Part shown: positions 1-10,478 of the stretch, piece after piece | How positions within the stretch are numbered: the stretch's first letter is position 1 | Layout of the letters: every line of letters begins with the position of its first letter | From: Rhizobiaceae bacterium | GTDB taxonomy: Bacteria; Pseudomonadota; Alphaproteobacteria; Rhizobiales; Rhizobiaceae | Assembly: GCA_020628775.1 (NCBI GenBank) | Contig: JAHDEP010000003.1 | Location: 1 to 46,229, forward strand | DNA length: 46,229 nucleotides | Direction of reading: 5' to 3' | The notes under the pieces: generated by a model | Databases searched by the model: none | The model's input: the letters and a program-made list of their open reading frames with translations, nothing else | What the model was told of the DNA's origin: nothing | Made by a program: the position numbers and the translations under genes

Positions 1-1296
1 GATATCATGACCAGATGGCACTTCCTGCGTTTTGAGTAAATCACGGGCGCGGGTCGTCAAATTATAGTCGTAAAGTTGGGAAGGTGTGGTCATCGATGAA
101 TAGGAAAAACGCACAACATCCGTGTCGTATTCCGCAGCACCAGAGAAGCCAAGTGAAAATGCTTCTTCGTCAAATTCAATGGAATGAATGTCGCCACTCG
201 TGCGGTCCATGATGTTGATTTTCGGCAAGCCTTCTTCGCGTTCCATCCAAACAAGATGGTTTTTATAAGCACCATGGCTAATGATTAGATTACCCGGCTT
301 GTGCGCAACAACTTCAGTCCAGTGTTCTTTTTCTGGGGTTGCAAATGGTGCGCGCATGATTTTGAAGTCTTTAGCACCACCATCATTTGTAAGGATGAAA
401 AACTCGTCGCCACCTTCAGTGAGATCATATTCAATACCGGTTTCTCGTTTGGCAACCAGCTTTGGTTTTGTCTCAGGGCTATCAGCTGGGATCAGCCAGA
501 TTTCTGATGTTTCATGATCGTGGATGCTGATATAAATCACATCATTAAGCGCACTTTGACCCACGCTCATAAAGTAGCCTGCATCGTCCTCTTCGTGAAT
601 GAGAAGATCATCTGATTGGTCAGTGCCAAGCTTGTGATAAAAGATCTTCGATGGACGATGATTTTCGTTTAAGGCTGTGTAGAAAAAACCGCTGCCTGAT
701 GCATCCCAAGCCCCTGATCCGCCTGTGTTTTCAAGCTTGTCATCAAGGTCTTGCATAGTTTTAAGATCACGAACCCGCAATGAGAAAAACTCAGAGCCTT
801 TATCATCAAAACCCCATAAACCGAGCGAATGATCGGGAGATGCTGAAATGCCGCCAAGCCGGAAATAGTCTTTACCTTTTGCCTCATCATCACCGTTGAG
901 CAAAATCTCTTTGTCTGCGCTATCTTTATTTGCATCGCGCGGGATACGGAAATAGTGCGGCTGCTCGCCTCCGGTCACAAATTCAACGCCATACGCATAC
1001 GGCCCATCTTTCACTGGCACTGAGGTGTCATCTTCCTTGATGCGGCCCTTCATTTCGCCAAATAACGTCTTTTGCAGCGCTTCCGTATCCTTCAATGCTG
1101 CATCCTGAAACTCGTTCTCTGCTTCCAAATAATCACGAATATTTTGATCTAAGACACTTGGATCTTGAAATACCTCTTGCCAATTATCAGCGCGCAGCCA
1201 AGCATAATCATCGGTTCGTGTGATGCCGTGACGTGTATCAGTTTGTGGCTTGATGTCAGCGATTGGGGCTTTAGGAAGGTTTGAAAATACGCTCAA
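1..1296 (-). CDS. ptrB: Oligopeptidase B (S9A peptidase), N-terminal part; runs off the window start
   Basis: Not in ORF track. Manual translation from TTG at 1296 (GGAG RBS) is open to base 1: HGITRTDDYAWLR..YLEAEN..LFGEMKGRIKEDD.SVP..RFSYSSMTTP, typical of PtrB. Confidence 0.92.
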   Translation of the reverse strand, partial: MSVFSNLPKAPIADIKPQTDTRHGITRTDDYAWLRADNWQEVFQDPSVLDQNIRDYLEAENEFQDAALKDTEALQKTLFGEMKGRIKEDDTSVPVKDGPYAYGVEFVTGGEQPHYFRIPRDANKDSADKEILLNGDDEAKGKDYFRLGGISASPDHSLGLWGFDDKGSEFFSLRVRDLKTMQDLDDKLENTGGSGAWDASGSGFFYTALNENHRPSKIFYHKLGTDQSDDLLIHEEDDAGYFMSVGQSALNDVIYISIHDHETSEIWLIPADSPETKPKLVAKRETGIEYDLTEGGDEFFILTNDGGAKDFKIMRAPFATPEKEHWTEVVAHKPGNLIISHGAYKNHLVWMEREEGLPKINIMDRTSGDIHSIEFDEEAFSLGFSGAAEYDTDVVRFSYSSMTTPSQLYDYNLTTRARDLLKTQEVPSGHDI

Positions 1297-1338
1297 GGCG
1301 GTACTCCGAAATTAGAAATTTAATTTATGAAATTGGAA

Positions 1339-1360
1339 TTGGCAGCCGATAAGCTGCCAA
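1339..1360 (-). terminator. Hairpin downstream of msrB
   Basis: TTGGCAGC-cgataa-GCTGCCAA perfect 8-bp stem; U-tail is modest. Confidence 0.55.
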
Positions 1361-1377
1361 AATGAGGTGGTTAATCG

Positions 1378-1791
1378 TTATTCGTCTTCGGCTTCGAAAT
1401 CAAGCACAGCACCATTCATACAATAACGTAATCCGGTTGGATGGGGACCATCTGGAAAAACATGGCCTAAATGGCTGTCACAAACAGCACATCTAACTTC
1501 GGTGCGTTTCATGAAAAACGAACGATCTGTATGTTCTGACACGGCTTCTTCGTTTAATGGCGCGTAATAGCTTGGCCATCCTGTGCCTGAATCAAATTTT
1601 GTTTCCGATGAGAATAACTTGGTCTGACAACCCACACATCGATAGATGCCTTTTTGCTTGTTATCGTTCAACGGGGAGGTAAATGCGCGCTCAGTTCCAT
1701 GCTTTCGTGCGATTTTATATTGCTCAGGTGTCAAGCGCTCACGCCATTCGGCGTCACTTAGGACCAGTTTATCAACAATTTTATCGGTCAT
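1378..1791 (-). CDS. msrB: Peptide-methionine (R)-S-oxide reductase
   Basis: [33 protein letters not shown] motifs and two CxxC. Start moved to ATG 1791 after GAGGAG. Confidence 0.96.
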   Translation of the reverse strand: MTDKIVDKLVLSDAEWRERLTPEQYKIARKHGTERAFTSPLNDNKQKGIYRCVGCQTKLFSSETKFDSGTGWPSYYAPLNEEAVSEHTDRSFFMKRTEVRCAVCDSHLGHVFPDGPHPTGLRYCMNGAVLDFEAEDE

Positions 1792-1963
1792 TTTTATCTC
1801 CTCATTTCTCTTACGTATATAAATAAGTATCAGTTCTATCACCCGCAATGCTGATCGCTCATTTTGTGCTGAAAATCGGTAATTCTACCCTTGTACTTTT
1901 GACAGCCGCGCCCTAATTGTGAAACTAATATATTTAGGGCTTTCGCTCGGAGGTGGAGTTTAG

Positions 1964-4408
1964 ATGTTTGGTGATGCCAATGGCATGATGATGTTTGCAA
2001 TGTTGTTGCCGTTTTTGGCTGCCCTCATTGCTCCTAAACTCACGCAAATTATGGGTTCAAAGGCCGCTTGGGTCCTTGCGCTTGCGCCTGCCTTTATCTT
2101 TTTGCACATCGCTGGTTTTTTGCCACAGGTCGCACTTATCGGCACAAGTCCTGATCATCCGCCAATAACCGGCGGTTATCTCTGGGTGCCAGAGTTTTTT
2201 GTCAGCTTTTCCTGGTTCATCGACGGACTTTCAGCGACATTTGCACTGCTAATTTCTGGTATCGGCACCTTCATCATTTTGTATGCTGGCGGTTATTTGG
2301 GCGGACATGCGCAATTAGGTCGTTTCTTCTCGTTCCTATTTTTGTTCATGGGGGCAATGCTCGGTGTCGTATTAGCCGATAGCTTCTTCACGTTCTTCAT
2401 CTATTGGGAATTAACGTCCATCACCTCGTTCTTGTTGATCGGCTTTAACCACAAAAGCGCTGCATCTCGCAGATCAGCTATTCAGGCTTTGGTCGTTACA
2501 GGTGGCGGTGGATTAGCTCTTATGGCTGGCTTGATTGTGCTATGGCTCACAACTGGCACGAATAGCTTTTCGTTCATGCTTGCATCGACAGAAAGCATTG
2601 AATTCTACAACGAGTATCTTACGCAAAGCCCGTTCTATCTGGCTCTTCTGCTCCTCGTATTGGGCGGTGCATTTACAAAATCTGCACAATTCCCGTTCCA
2701 CTTCTGGCTACCTAATGCCATGGAGGCGCCAACGCCTGTTTCAGCATTTTTGCACTCAGCGACGATGGTGAAAGCAGGTGTTTATCTGCTTATGAGGCTT
2801 AACCCAGTGCTGGGTGGTACGACAGAATGGCTAACCATTTTACCTGTCTTTGGTGGCGCGACGCTGATTATTGGTACGCTGCTTGCGATCCGTCAAACAG
2901 ATCTTAAGCTGATGCTTGCATATACCACGGTTTCATCGCTTGGGCTTCTAGTCATGCTGATCGGTTTTGGAACCGAAAAAGCAATTGCAGCTGCGGTTCT
3001 TTATTTGGTGGCGCACTCCTTGTTTAAAGGCGCATTGTTCATGGTCGCAGGTATTATCGATCATGAAGCAGGTACGCGCGATATCACCAAGCTGGGTGGT
3101 TTGCGAAAAGCCATGCCGATCACTTTTGGGGCTGCACTGGTCGCCGCAATTTCAATGGCTGGTTTGCCGCCACTATTTGGGTTCTTGGCGAAAGAAGAAA
3201 TTTACTATGCACTGATAGGTGCAGATGCCTGGTCTATTGCTTTCACAGTGATTGCAATCATCGGTAATGGCTTGATGTTCGTTGTTGGTTTTGCCGTCGC
3301 GCTGAAACCGTTTCTTGGCGAGAAAGTTGAAACACCGAAACACGCACATGAAGGACCGCCATTGTTATGGCTTGGGCCTGTTGTGCTCGGAGCCATCGCG
3401 GTCCTTGCAGGCGTTTTCTCAAGCGTCAGCCATTTCTATATTTCAAACCCGATGAGCTCTGCTGTTTGGGGTGAGTTGGTCAATATTGATCTGTCGCTTG
3501 CTGCTCTATTCCACCCTAGCTTGCCGCTGTTATTATCTGCTGTCACGGTCGCATTTGGTGTTCTTGCTTATCGAAATATTGATCGCTTGCGTACCGCAAT
3601 TGACAACTTCTACAACTGGTTCTTCGGTGGTTGGGGTCCAGATAAGGGCTTTGATCAGTTTATCTCCGGCATCGTAAAAGCGTCTTTTGCTGTTACGAGC
3701 AGAATTCAAACAGGCCGCCTTGAAGTTTATATGACAATTACATTTGCGATCATTGCGCTCTCATTGTTCATTCCGATGTGGGTATATGATGAGTTCCCAG
3801 CTATGCCTGATTTTACCGGCGAAGTGAACTTCTATGAGGCTGCCATCATGGGCATTTTGATCCTGGGTCTATTAGCTGTTATCTATGCGAAAGATCGTCT
3901 CACAGCGATTGTCTCTCTTGGTATTCAAGGCTTTGCGGTTGCGGTTCTCTTCATGCTGTTTGGTGCGCCAGATCTATCGTTTACCCAGTTCATGGTTGAG
4001 ACACTTTCGGTTGTTATTCTTGCTCTTGTTATGACAAGGCTCAAACTCACAGCTGCTGATCACAGATCTTGGCGACAAGTGATTGTTGATGGAACAGTCG
4101 CGCTCGCCTGCGGTGTTGGCTTCATGCTTTATCTCATGCGCGTTACCCAGGGTAAGTTTGATCCATATCTGTCTGAATTCTTCTCGGCCTATTCGAAGAT
4201 TATCGCCAACGGCACAAATGTTGTGAACGTTATTCTGGTGGACTTCCGCGGAACTGATACTTGGGGCGAGATTGCCGTTGTTATGGTTGCAGGACTTGCA
4301 GTTCTTGCGCTCGTACGCATTCGCCCGCATGGAAAAGTGGTGGCTGATAACGATCCAGATGCGCCAGTGAACGAAGACATGCTGGCAAAAGCGGAGGCGT
4401 CCAAATGA
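1964..4408 (+). CDS. mrpA: Mrp/Pha Na+(K+)/H+ antiporter subunit A
   Basis: NuoL-like: [48 protein letters not shown]; C-terminal [15 protein letters not shown]. Confidence 0.96.
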   Translation: MFGDANGMMMFAMLLPFLAALIAPKLTQIMGSKAAWVLALAPAFIFLHIAGFLPQVALIGTSPDHPPITGGYLWVPEFFVSFSWFIDGLSATFALLISGIGTFIILYAGGYLGGHAQLGRFFSFLFLFMGAMLGVVLADSFFTFFIYWELTSITSFLLIGFNHKSAASRRSAIQALVVTGGGGLALMAGLIVLWLTTGTNSFSFMLASTESIEFYNEYLTQSPFYLALLLLVLGGAFTKSAQFPFHFWLPNAMEAPTPVSAFLHSATMVKAGVYLLMRLNPVLGGTTEWLTILPVFGGATLIIGTLLAIRQTDLKLMLAYTTVSSLGLLVMLIGFGTEKAIAAAVLYLVAHSLFKGALFMVAGIIDHEAGTRDITKLGGLRKAMPITFGAALVAAISMAGLPPLFGFLAKEEIYYALIGADAWSIAFTVIAIIGNGLMFVVGFAVALKPFLGEKVETPKHAHEGPPLLWLGPVVLGAIAVLAGVFSSVSHFYISNPMSSAVWGELVNIDLSLAALFHPSLPLLLSAVTVAFGVLAYRNIDRLRTAIDNFYNWFFGGWGPDKGFDQFISGIVKASFAVTSRIQTGRLEVYMTITFAIIALSLFIPMWVYDEFPAMPDFTGEVNFYEAAIMGILILGLLAVIYAKDRLTAIVSLGIQGFAVAVLFMLFGAPDLSFTQFMVETLSVVILALVMTRLKLTAADHRSWRQVIVDGTVALACGVGFMLYLMRVTQGKFDPYLSEFFSAYSKIIANGTNVVNVILVDFRGTDTWGEIAVVMVAGLAVLALVRIRPHGKVVADNDPDAPVNEDMLAKAEASK

Positions 4409-4824
4409 GAACTTTGATTTTCAAAACGGCGGCACCTTATCTCGCCAGCTTAATGATCTTATTTTCAATCTTTGTGCTATTGCGCGGCCATAATGAGCCT
4501 GGTGGTGGCTTTATTGGCGGGCTGATTGCAGCTTCTGCGTTTGCCATCTACGGGATCGCAAACGGTGTTGCACCTGTTCGCAGAGCAATGCATTTCCACC
4601 CAATGTCCGTTGCAGCGGCAGGGCTTTTGATGTCGACGATTTCTGGTCTGGTTTCGGTGTTTGCTGGTGTGCCATTTATGACTGGTCTTTGGGGCAGCAT
4701 TTATTTCCTTGGTGAGAAGATTAAAATCTCGTCCATCTTGTTTTTCGATATTGGTGTTTATCTGGTTGTTGTAGGAGCAATTGCCTCCATTGCACTGGCC
4801 CTGGAAGAAAGGGAGCGCGAATAA
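4405..4824 (+). CDS. mrpB: Mrp antiporter subunit B
   Basis: [13 protein letters not shown] and FDIGVYL motifs; ATGA overlap with mrpA. Confidence 0.95.
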   Translation: MRTLIFKTAAPYLASLMILFSIFVLLRGHNEPGGGFIGGLIAASAFAIYGIANGVAPVRRAMHFHPMSVAAAGLLMSTISGLVSVFAGVPFMTGLWGSIYFLGEKIKISSILFFDIGVYLVVVGAIASIALALEERERE

Positions 4825-5201
4825 TGGAAGCTTGGATGGCCGTTGTTGTTGGTGCGTTATTTTCAGTTTCAATTTATTTGATGCTGTCAAAACACATTAT
4901 TCGTATTTTAATTGGTGCTGCGATCTTGGGTAATGCTGTGAACTTGCTAATTTTCACAAATGGCAGATTAACACGCGAAGTCCCGCCAATTATCGGTGCA
5001 GATGAAAGCATTTTGTCTGCGCAAGCTGCAAATCCATTACCGCAGGCGCTTGTCCTGACGGCTATTGTGATTGCATTTTCGTTTTTCGCATTTTTATTGG
5101 TGTTAGGTTACCGCGCTTATCAGGAGCTGGGATCGGACAATACCGATGAAATGCGCGTTGCAGAACCGGTGGATGATCAAACACCACCTTTGGGGTATTG
5201 A
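4824..5201 (+). CDS. mrpC: Mrp antiporter subunit C
   Basis: NPLPQALVLTAIVI motif; TAATG overlap. Confidence 0.95.
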   Translation: MEAWMAVVVGALFSVSIYLMLSKHIIRILIGAAILGNAVNLLIFTNGRLTREVPPIIGADESILSAQAANPLPQALVLTAIVIAFSFFAFLLVLGYRAYQELGSDNTDEMRVAEPVDDQTPPLGY

Positions 5202-5206
5202 AGTAA

Positions 5207-6805
5207 ATGGCCGGTAGTAGCGAAGCTCAAATTGATTTAACGCCTGCAATGAACCTTGAACCGGTCGCATTGCTTGACTGGCTGATTGTCGCGCCAGTTG
5301 CTTGGTGTATCTTAGTTGGCACCATCTTATTAATGGTGCGCAAGAACACTGCACGACACCATTTCATTGCAATTCCTGCGATGGGCGTTCAGGTTTTAAT
5401 CACCGGAGCTTTGTTAGCTCAGATCGTGATAAATGGCCCAACAACGATGGTCATGGGCAGATGGTTGCCGCCATTTGGGATCGCATTCACCGTCGATATT
5501 TTAGGTGCGGTTCTTGCATTTGTTGCAGCTGTTGTAGCGCTTGCATGTACAATTTACGGGGTGAGGGACGTCAATTCCTCTGGCCGCAGATACGGTTTTT
5601 ACTCATTCTTCTTCCTGTTAATGGCAGGTGTAAGTGGCGCGTTTCTAACCGGTGATATCTTCAACCTTTATGTTTGGTTTGAAGTGTTGCTTATTGCTTC
5701 ATTTGGCTTGCTCATTTTGGGATCAGAAAAAGGCCAGCTTGATGGCGCCACCAAATATGCCTTCTTAAACCTCGTTGCGACAACGCTCTTCTTGATCGCC
5801 ACGGCTTATCTTTATGGTATCTTTGGCACGCTGAATATGGCGGATATCGCGCTTAAGATCGCACAGAGTGATGGCACATTACCGCTTAACACAGTTGCCG
5901 GATTATTTGTTCTCGCCTTTATCATGAAAGCTGCGGCATTCCCGGTTAACTTCTGGTTGCCTGCATCTTATCACACCCCACGGGTAGTGGTTTCTGCGCT
6001 CTTTGCGGGCCTGCTAACCAAGGTGGGTGTCTATGCGATCCTGCGCGTATACACGATGCTATTTTCATTGCAGCGTGAAGCGCTTGAGCCTACGGTCAAT
6101 ATTGATGCCTTGTCATTTGCGGTGGCAATTGTTGCTTGTTTGACCATGGTCTTGGGTTCGGTGGGTGCACTGGCGCAGACAAATGTTCGCCGTTTATTGG
6201 GCTTTTTAGTCGTGTCCGGAATTGGCGTCATGCTCATGGGTGTTGCCATCGGTACAGAGGCTGCACTTGGGGGCACAGTGTTTTATGCGCTTCATTCAAT
6301 CCTAGTTATGACAGCGCTTTATATCGCAGCTGGTATGGCCGCAAAAATGTGTGGTGGTGCGGAAGATATGACCAAAATTCGGGGTATCTACCAAAAGAAT
6401 ACACTATTGGCCGCAATTACATTAATGCTGTTCTTCGCAGTTGCTGGTTTACCGCCTTTCTCAGGGTTCTGGCCAAAACTGATGTTGGTGAAAGCCTCAA
6501 TCGAAGGCGCGCCATGGTGGGCACCATTCTCTATCCTTCTCACCGGGTTCCTCACAACTATTGCTGTTGGCCGTGTTTGGGCGTTGTCCTATTGGAAGCC
6601 TGCAGACGAGGGATCGGAAGATAAAAATGAGAAAACAGAGCTTGCTGTGACCGATCTTGTCCCATTGGTAGGATTAACAATCATCGTGGTGGGGATTGGC
6701 TTGTTCCCGCAAACTGTGTTTGAATTGGCTTATCAATCAGCAGAACAATTGGTAAATCCAACCGCCTATATTGAATCGGTCTTTGGAAGCGAGGTCGTCG
6801 AATAA
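5207..6805 (+). CDS. mrpD: Mrp antiporter subunit D
   Basis: NuoM/N-like: TGDIFNLYVWFEV, KAAAFPVNFWLP, GLPPFSGFWPK. Confidence 0.95.
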   Translation: MAGSSEAQIDLTPAMNLEPVALLDWLIVAPVAWCILVGTILLMVRKNTARHHFIAIPAMGVQVLITGALLAQIVINGPTTMVMGRWLPPFGIAFTVDILGAVLAFVAAVVALACTIYGVRDVNSSGRRYGFYSFFFLLMAGVSGAFLTGDIFNLYVWFEVLLIASFGLLILGSEKGQLDGATKYAFLNLVATTLFLIATAYLYGIFGTLNMADIALKIAQSDGTLPLNTVAGLFVLAFIMKAAAFPVNFWLPASYHTPRVVVSALFAGLLTKVGVYAILRVYTMLFSLQREALEPTVNIDALSFAVAIVACLTMVLGSVGALAQTNVRRLLGFLVVSGIGVMLMGVAIGTEAALGGTVFYALHSILVMTALYIAAGMAAKMCGGAEDMTKIRGIYQKNTLLAAITLMLFFAVAGLPPFSGFWPKLMLVKASIEGAPWWAPFSILLTGFLTTIAVGRVWALSYWKPADEGSEDKNEKTELAVTDLVPLVGLTIIVVGIGLFPQTVFELAYQSAEQLVNPTAYIESVFGSEVVE

Positions 6806-7278
6806 TGTTATTTATCTTCAACGTACTCCTTACACTTGCTTGGGCGACCTTCACAGGATCGTTCTCAGCATTGAATCTATTGTTCGGATTTGTGCTCTCA
6901 ATTTTCGCGCTTTGGGTCATTCGAGGCGAGGTGGGTACATTTGGTTATTTCTCACGTTCCCGTCGGATCATCTCGCTTATCCTGTTGTTCCTTTATGAAT
7001 TGGTTATGTCCGCATGGCGCGTTGCTGTGTTGGTCATGTCACCAAAACTGGACATCAAACCTGGGATATTTGCATTCCCGCTCACGGTTCAAAACGATAT
7101 GCAGATAACGATCCTTGCAAATATGATCACGCTGACACCAGGTACTTTGTCTGTCGATGTGTCAGATGATAAAAAATATATCTATGTGCATGCAATTGAT
7201 GCATCAGATCCTGAGGCGGCGCGTCGCGATATTGCTGAAGGCTTTGAGAAAAAGATCATGGAGGCATCGCGACCATGA
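6805..7278 (+). CDS. mrpE: Mrp antiporter subunit E
   Basis: [15 protein letters not shown] motif. Confidence 0.95.
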   Translation: MLFIFNVLLTLAWATFTGSFSALNLLFGFVLSIFALWVIRGEVGTFGYFSRSRRIISLILLFLYELVMSAWRVAVLVMSPKLDIKPGIFAFPLTVQNDMQITILANMITLTPGTLSVDVSDDKKYIYVHAIDASDPEAARRDIAEGFEKKIMEASRP

Positions 7279-7673
7279 GTGCTCAAGACGTCCTCGATAT
7301 GAGTATCAACATTGCGCTGGCATTACTCAGCCTTGCATTTTTGTTGACGATTTTCCGAATTGTAAAAGGCCCAACTTTACCAGATAGAATACTTGGTCTT
7401 GATATGCTGGTTGGTGCTGCTATCGGTTACATCGCAGTTATTGGCGTTAAAACCGGTTATACGCTTTACGTGGATATTGCCATCGCCCTTGGACTTGTTG
7501 GATTTTTGGCAACCGTTGCATTTGCCCGATTTATCTTAGTCAGAGGCCAAGCAGATGAAGGTGGGATGGAAGATGGTCATGAACTAGATCCAGATGCTGT
7601 CATTGATCATAAGATCGGCGAGCTTGGCAATGCGATCCCAAAAACCGATGATACAGAAAAGCAGGGGTCATAA
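7275..7673 (+). CDS. mrpF: Mrp antiporter subunit F
   Basis: [12 protein letters not shown] motif, three TM segments, charged C-terminal extension. Confidence 0.93.
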   Translation: MSAQDVLDMSINIALALLSLAFLLTIFRIVKGPTLPDRILGLDMLVGAAIGYIAVIGVKTGYTLYVDIAIALGLVGFLATVAFARFILVRGQADEGGMEDGHELDPDAVIDHKIGELGNAIPKTDDTEKQGS

Positions 7674-8021
7674 ATGGCAGATCTTGGTACTTATGTCGTT
7701 TCATTTTTGATCATTGTCGGTGCGTTCTTTGCGCTGGTTGCTTCTGTGGGGCTAATCCGTCTGCCTGATGTTTATTCCCGAATGCATGCTGCTTCTAAAG
7801 CTGGCACACTTGGCTCAGGTTTAATGCTGATCGCGCTGGCGATTTATTCTGATGATTTGGCGACAATCACACGTGCTTTGATCGGCGTTGTATTCTTCTT
7901 GCTAACTGCTCCGATCGCATCTCACCTATTGGCAAAAGCAGCTTATGCAGTTGGTTATCGTCTTAGCGATATATCTGTAATGGATGAAATGTCCAAAAAA
8001 GACGAAAAAATCAAAAAATAG
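7674..8021 (+). CDS. mrpG: Mrp antiporter subunit G
   Basis: [17 protein letters not shown] and LTAPIASH motifs. Confidence 0.95.
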   Translation: MADLGTYVVSFLIIVGAFFALVASVGLIRLPDVYSRMHAASKAGTLGSGLMLIALAIYSDDLATITRALIGVVFFLLTAPIASHLLAKAAYAVGYRLSDISVMDEMSKKDEKIKK

Positions 8022-8259
8022 GACTAAATCACCCCCAAAAGGTCCCATTTTCGTATTTTTGATCTGTGAAATTTTATTAAAAATCTAATAATTACTTGTT
8101 TTATCCTACGGTATGATCTAGGTATTTTTACATAATAGGATCTCGTGGTACGATTTTTTATCTGTATAAATTTTAATTTGTGTGGCAGATTTATAAAAAG
8201 TTAGTTTTGCTCAAGTTCACGACGTACTCTGATAGATCTATTTTAGGTGCGGGGGAATT

Positions 8260-8676
8260 ATGCCTGAAAATTCAAAATTACAACAATCGAATTTTTGTGT
8301 TGAAGTCACATCTGAAATTGTTGCCGCTTATGTTGGAAATCACAATGTAAGCCCTTCAGAATTAACCGATCTTATTCAGTCTGTACATGAGACTGTAATG
8401 GGAATTTCTGAATCAGGAAATGCCTCGCAAAATGGACGCAGCAAACCTGCGATTGATGTTGATCAGTCTATTCATCAGGATTACTTGATTTGCCTTGAAG
8501 ATGGTAAGCAATTTAAGTCTCTTAAGCGCCATTTGATGACCCATTATAATCTCACTCCAGAAGAGTATCGGGAAAAATGGGGTTTGCCAGCAGACTATCC
8601 AATGGTTGCTCCCGCTTATGCAAAAGCTAGATCTGAACTTGCCAAGCAAATGGGGCTAGGCCAAAAACGCGCCTAA
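8260..8676 (+). CDS. mucR: MucR/Ros family zinc-finger regulator (nucleoid-associated silencer)
   Basis: IVAAYV.N..CLEDGKQFKSLKRHLMTHY.LTPEEYREKWGLPADYPMVAPAY signature. Confidence 0.95.
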   Translation: MPENSKLQQSNFCVEVTSEIVAAYVGNHNVSPSELTDLIQSVHETVMGISESGNASQNGRSKPAIDVDQSIHQDYLICLEDGKQFKSLKRHLMTHYNLTPEEYREKWGLPADYPMVAPAYAKARSELAKQMGLGQKRA

Positions 8677-8719
8677 ATCTGCCGATTTTTTCGAGATTTA
8701 TGAGACGCTGCATTAATTG

Positions 8720-8761
8720 TAGACTGACCGTTCATGGCATGGTATAAGAAAATATTCCTAT
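8720..8761 (+). promoter_or_regulatory. Putative sigma70 promoter of the gafY-like gene with an overlapping palindromic operator
   Basis: TAGACT (8720)-N17-TATAAG (8743); inverted repeat ATAAGAA-aata-TTCCTAT at 8744-8761. Confidence 0.5.
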
Positions 8762-8783
8762 TTAATTATTTACGGCTAACTTT

Positions 8784-9221
8784 ATGCATTGTTTGCAAAC
8801 ACAAGTGCTCTCAGAAATTCGTTTTGTTGTGCCCGTACTTCCCAAGAGCGAGCAGGACCATAACGGAACATTTGAATTCAAATCCATAAAGCAAAATGAC
8901 GTTGAAATATACGCAATCATAACTGCGCTCGTCAAAGAGCTATATCTCGATCGCGTTGTTATGCGCGATCACACATTCCAATTCTCTGCGGAATTGAGCT
9001 ATCGTGAGGCCGCATTCATCAAACATCTCAGCATTTATCTTTGTCATGTCGTATTGGGACATTCCATGCGAAAGATTGCGTCTGGATTTAAGCTAGATCG
9101 GACAAGTGTTTCCTACGCCTGTCGAAAAATTGAAGACATGCGCGATGATGATGAAAAGGAGAGGTTTATTTCATTGGGTGAGCGACTGGTTGAAATTTTT
9201 TCACTAAAGCCAATAAACTAG
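8784..9221 (+). CDS. DnaA domain-IV-like HTH protein; probable GafY-like GTA activator
   Basis: HLSIYLCHVVLG.SMRKIASGFKLDRTSVSYACRKIEDMRDD resembles the DnaA C-terminal HTH; lies between mucR and sufE. Start uncertain (no clear RBS). Confidence 0.7.
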   Translation: MHCLQTQVLSEIRFVVPVLPKSEQDHNGTFEFKSIKQNDVEIYAIITALVKELYLDRVVMRDHTFQFSAELSYREAAFIKHLSIYLCHVVLGHSMRKIASGFKLDRTSVSYACRKIEDMRDDDEKERFISLGERLVEIFSLKPIN

Positions 9222-9222
9222 C

Positions 9223-9642
9223 CTAGAGCACATCGTTGGCATGTTGCTTGATACGTGCGGCCATCGCACGAAGCCCATTGGCGCGCTGCGGCGTTAAATG
9301 CTCCACAAGACCGAGTTTTTCAAAGATCTCGTTCTCATTCACATTTGCAACCTTTTTGGCCGGAACGCCGGAAAAGGCAATAAGCATAATAGCGACAAGA
9401 CCACTGACAATATGCGCGTCTGAAGCTCCTCTGAAGTGCATAATCGGGTTGTCAGCATCGCTTGTATCAGGTTCAGATACCAACCAAACTTGGCTCACAC
9501 AGCCTTGTACTTTGTTTTCTGCGTTCATTTCACTTTCATCAAGGGGTGGCAGTTTCTTACCCAACTCGATGACATAACGATAGCGCTCTTCCCAATCGTC
9601 GATAAATTCAAAATCATCAATAATGTCGTCTAAAGTCGCCAT
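9223..9642 (-). CDS. sufE: SufE family Fe-S sulfur-transfer protein
   Basis: WEERYRYVIELGK, KVQGCVSQVW, SDAHIVSGL, LTPQRANGL. Confidence 0.94.
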   Translation of the reverse strand: MATLDDIIDDFEFIDDWEERYRYVIELGKKLPPLDESEMNAENKVQGCVSQVWLVSEPDTSDADNPIMHFRGASDAHIVSGLVAIMLIAFSGVPAKKVANVNENEIFEKLGLVEHLTPQRANGLRAMAARIKQHANDVL

Positions 9643-9764
9643 GCTACACTCTTTCCTTGCTTATTTATTCATATATAGCGCTTGGGAATAAAAGAAACCC
9701 CCATGGACCAATAAGTCGCAACTGGGGGCTAAATCTGAACTTAATCAGTGAGTTATATAAGACG

Positions 9765-9786
9765 ATTGCGAATGGCGTTTCGCAAT
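9765..9786 (-). terminator. Hairpin after the DUF5330-like gene
   Basis: ATTGCGAA-tggcgt-TTCGCAAT 8-bp stem just past the stop at 9799. Confidence 0.45.
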
Positions 9787-9798
9787 ATCTTGTAAATG

Positions 9799-10119
9799 TT
9801 ACTCTGGAATTGAGGCGGTAGTAAGTTCATCTGGTGTTTCTTCACCAAATTTACCATCTAGATATTGATAGGCAATGCGAGCACCTTCTTTAGCACGGGC
9901 TCCGAGCACGCCGATTGTGTGGCTTCCAACTTCGCAAACTTGCGGCTCACGTTCACAGATTGATGTTACGTCATCATAAAGCGCCCATGCAGCTGACATG
10001 CTGCCGGCTGTTTCAAAATTTGGTCCCTCTGCCAAGCGGTCCGAACTTTCCGGATTGAAAAGCGGTAGAGCGATTAGCACCAATGAAAACCAAAATGCAC
10101 CTTTAATGAGCGTCCACAT
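9799..10119 (-). CDS. DUF5330-like exported/membrane-anchored protein
   Basis: MWTLIKGAFWFSLVLIALP..ICEREPQVCEVG..RAKEGARIAY pattern; start moved to ATG 10119. Confidence 0.72.
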   Translation of the reverse strand: MWTLIKGAFWFSLVLIALPLFNPESSDRLAEGPNFETAGSMSAAWALYDDVTSICEREPQVCEVGSHTIGVLGARAKEGARIAYQYLDGKFGEETPDELTTASIPE

Positions 10120-10425
10120 AAAACCTGTCCCTGTTTGTCCTCGTTTGCGCTGTTTTTCGCGCTTGAGACCATTTCTAATCGATAATTCCAAATTCTAGAT
10201 TGATATGAAAATCAGCTTTTGAGGCAAATTTATTTCAAATTTTATCTATTTGTTGATTCGATCAGTTTTCAGCCCTTAAATGCGGCTATCGAGTGCCCAA
10301 ACACGCTGAAAACAGCCAATTTGCGAAATAAATATACCTCTGGTTAACCATGAAATGACTTCTTGGTTAAATTTGGGCTTTATCAAGTGATTTTTCCGCA
10401 AAAACCTCTTTCAGAGACGCCGGCT

Positions 10426-10441
10426 TTATCCATTCCTTAAC
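10426..10441 (+). promoter_or_regulatory. Putative CtrA binding site upstream of the DivJ-like kinase
   Basis: TTAT-ccattcc-TTAAC, one mismatch to TTAA-N7-TTAAC; additional TTAACCAT half-site at 10344-10351. Confidence 0.5.
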
Positions 10442-10478
10442 AAGAGGATGGGATTTTAGAACCAAGACGTTTTTAAGT

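Noticed and set aside
90-935. Short ORF-track entries at the window start
   Set aside because: All overlap the continuous minus-strand ptrB frame (1-1296); shadow ORFs.
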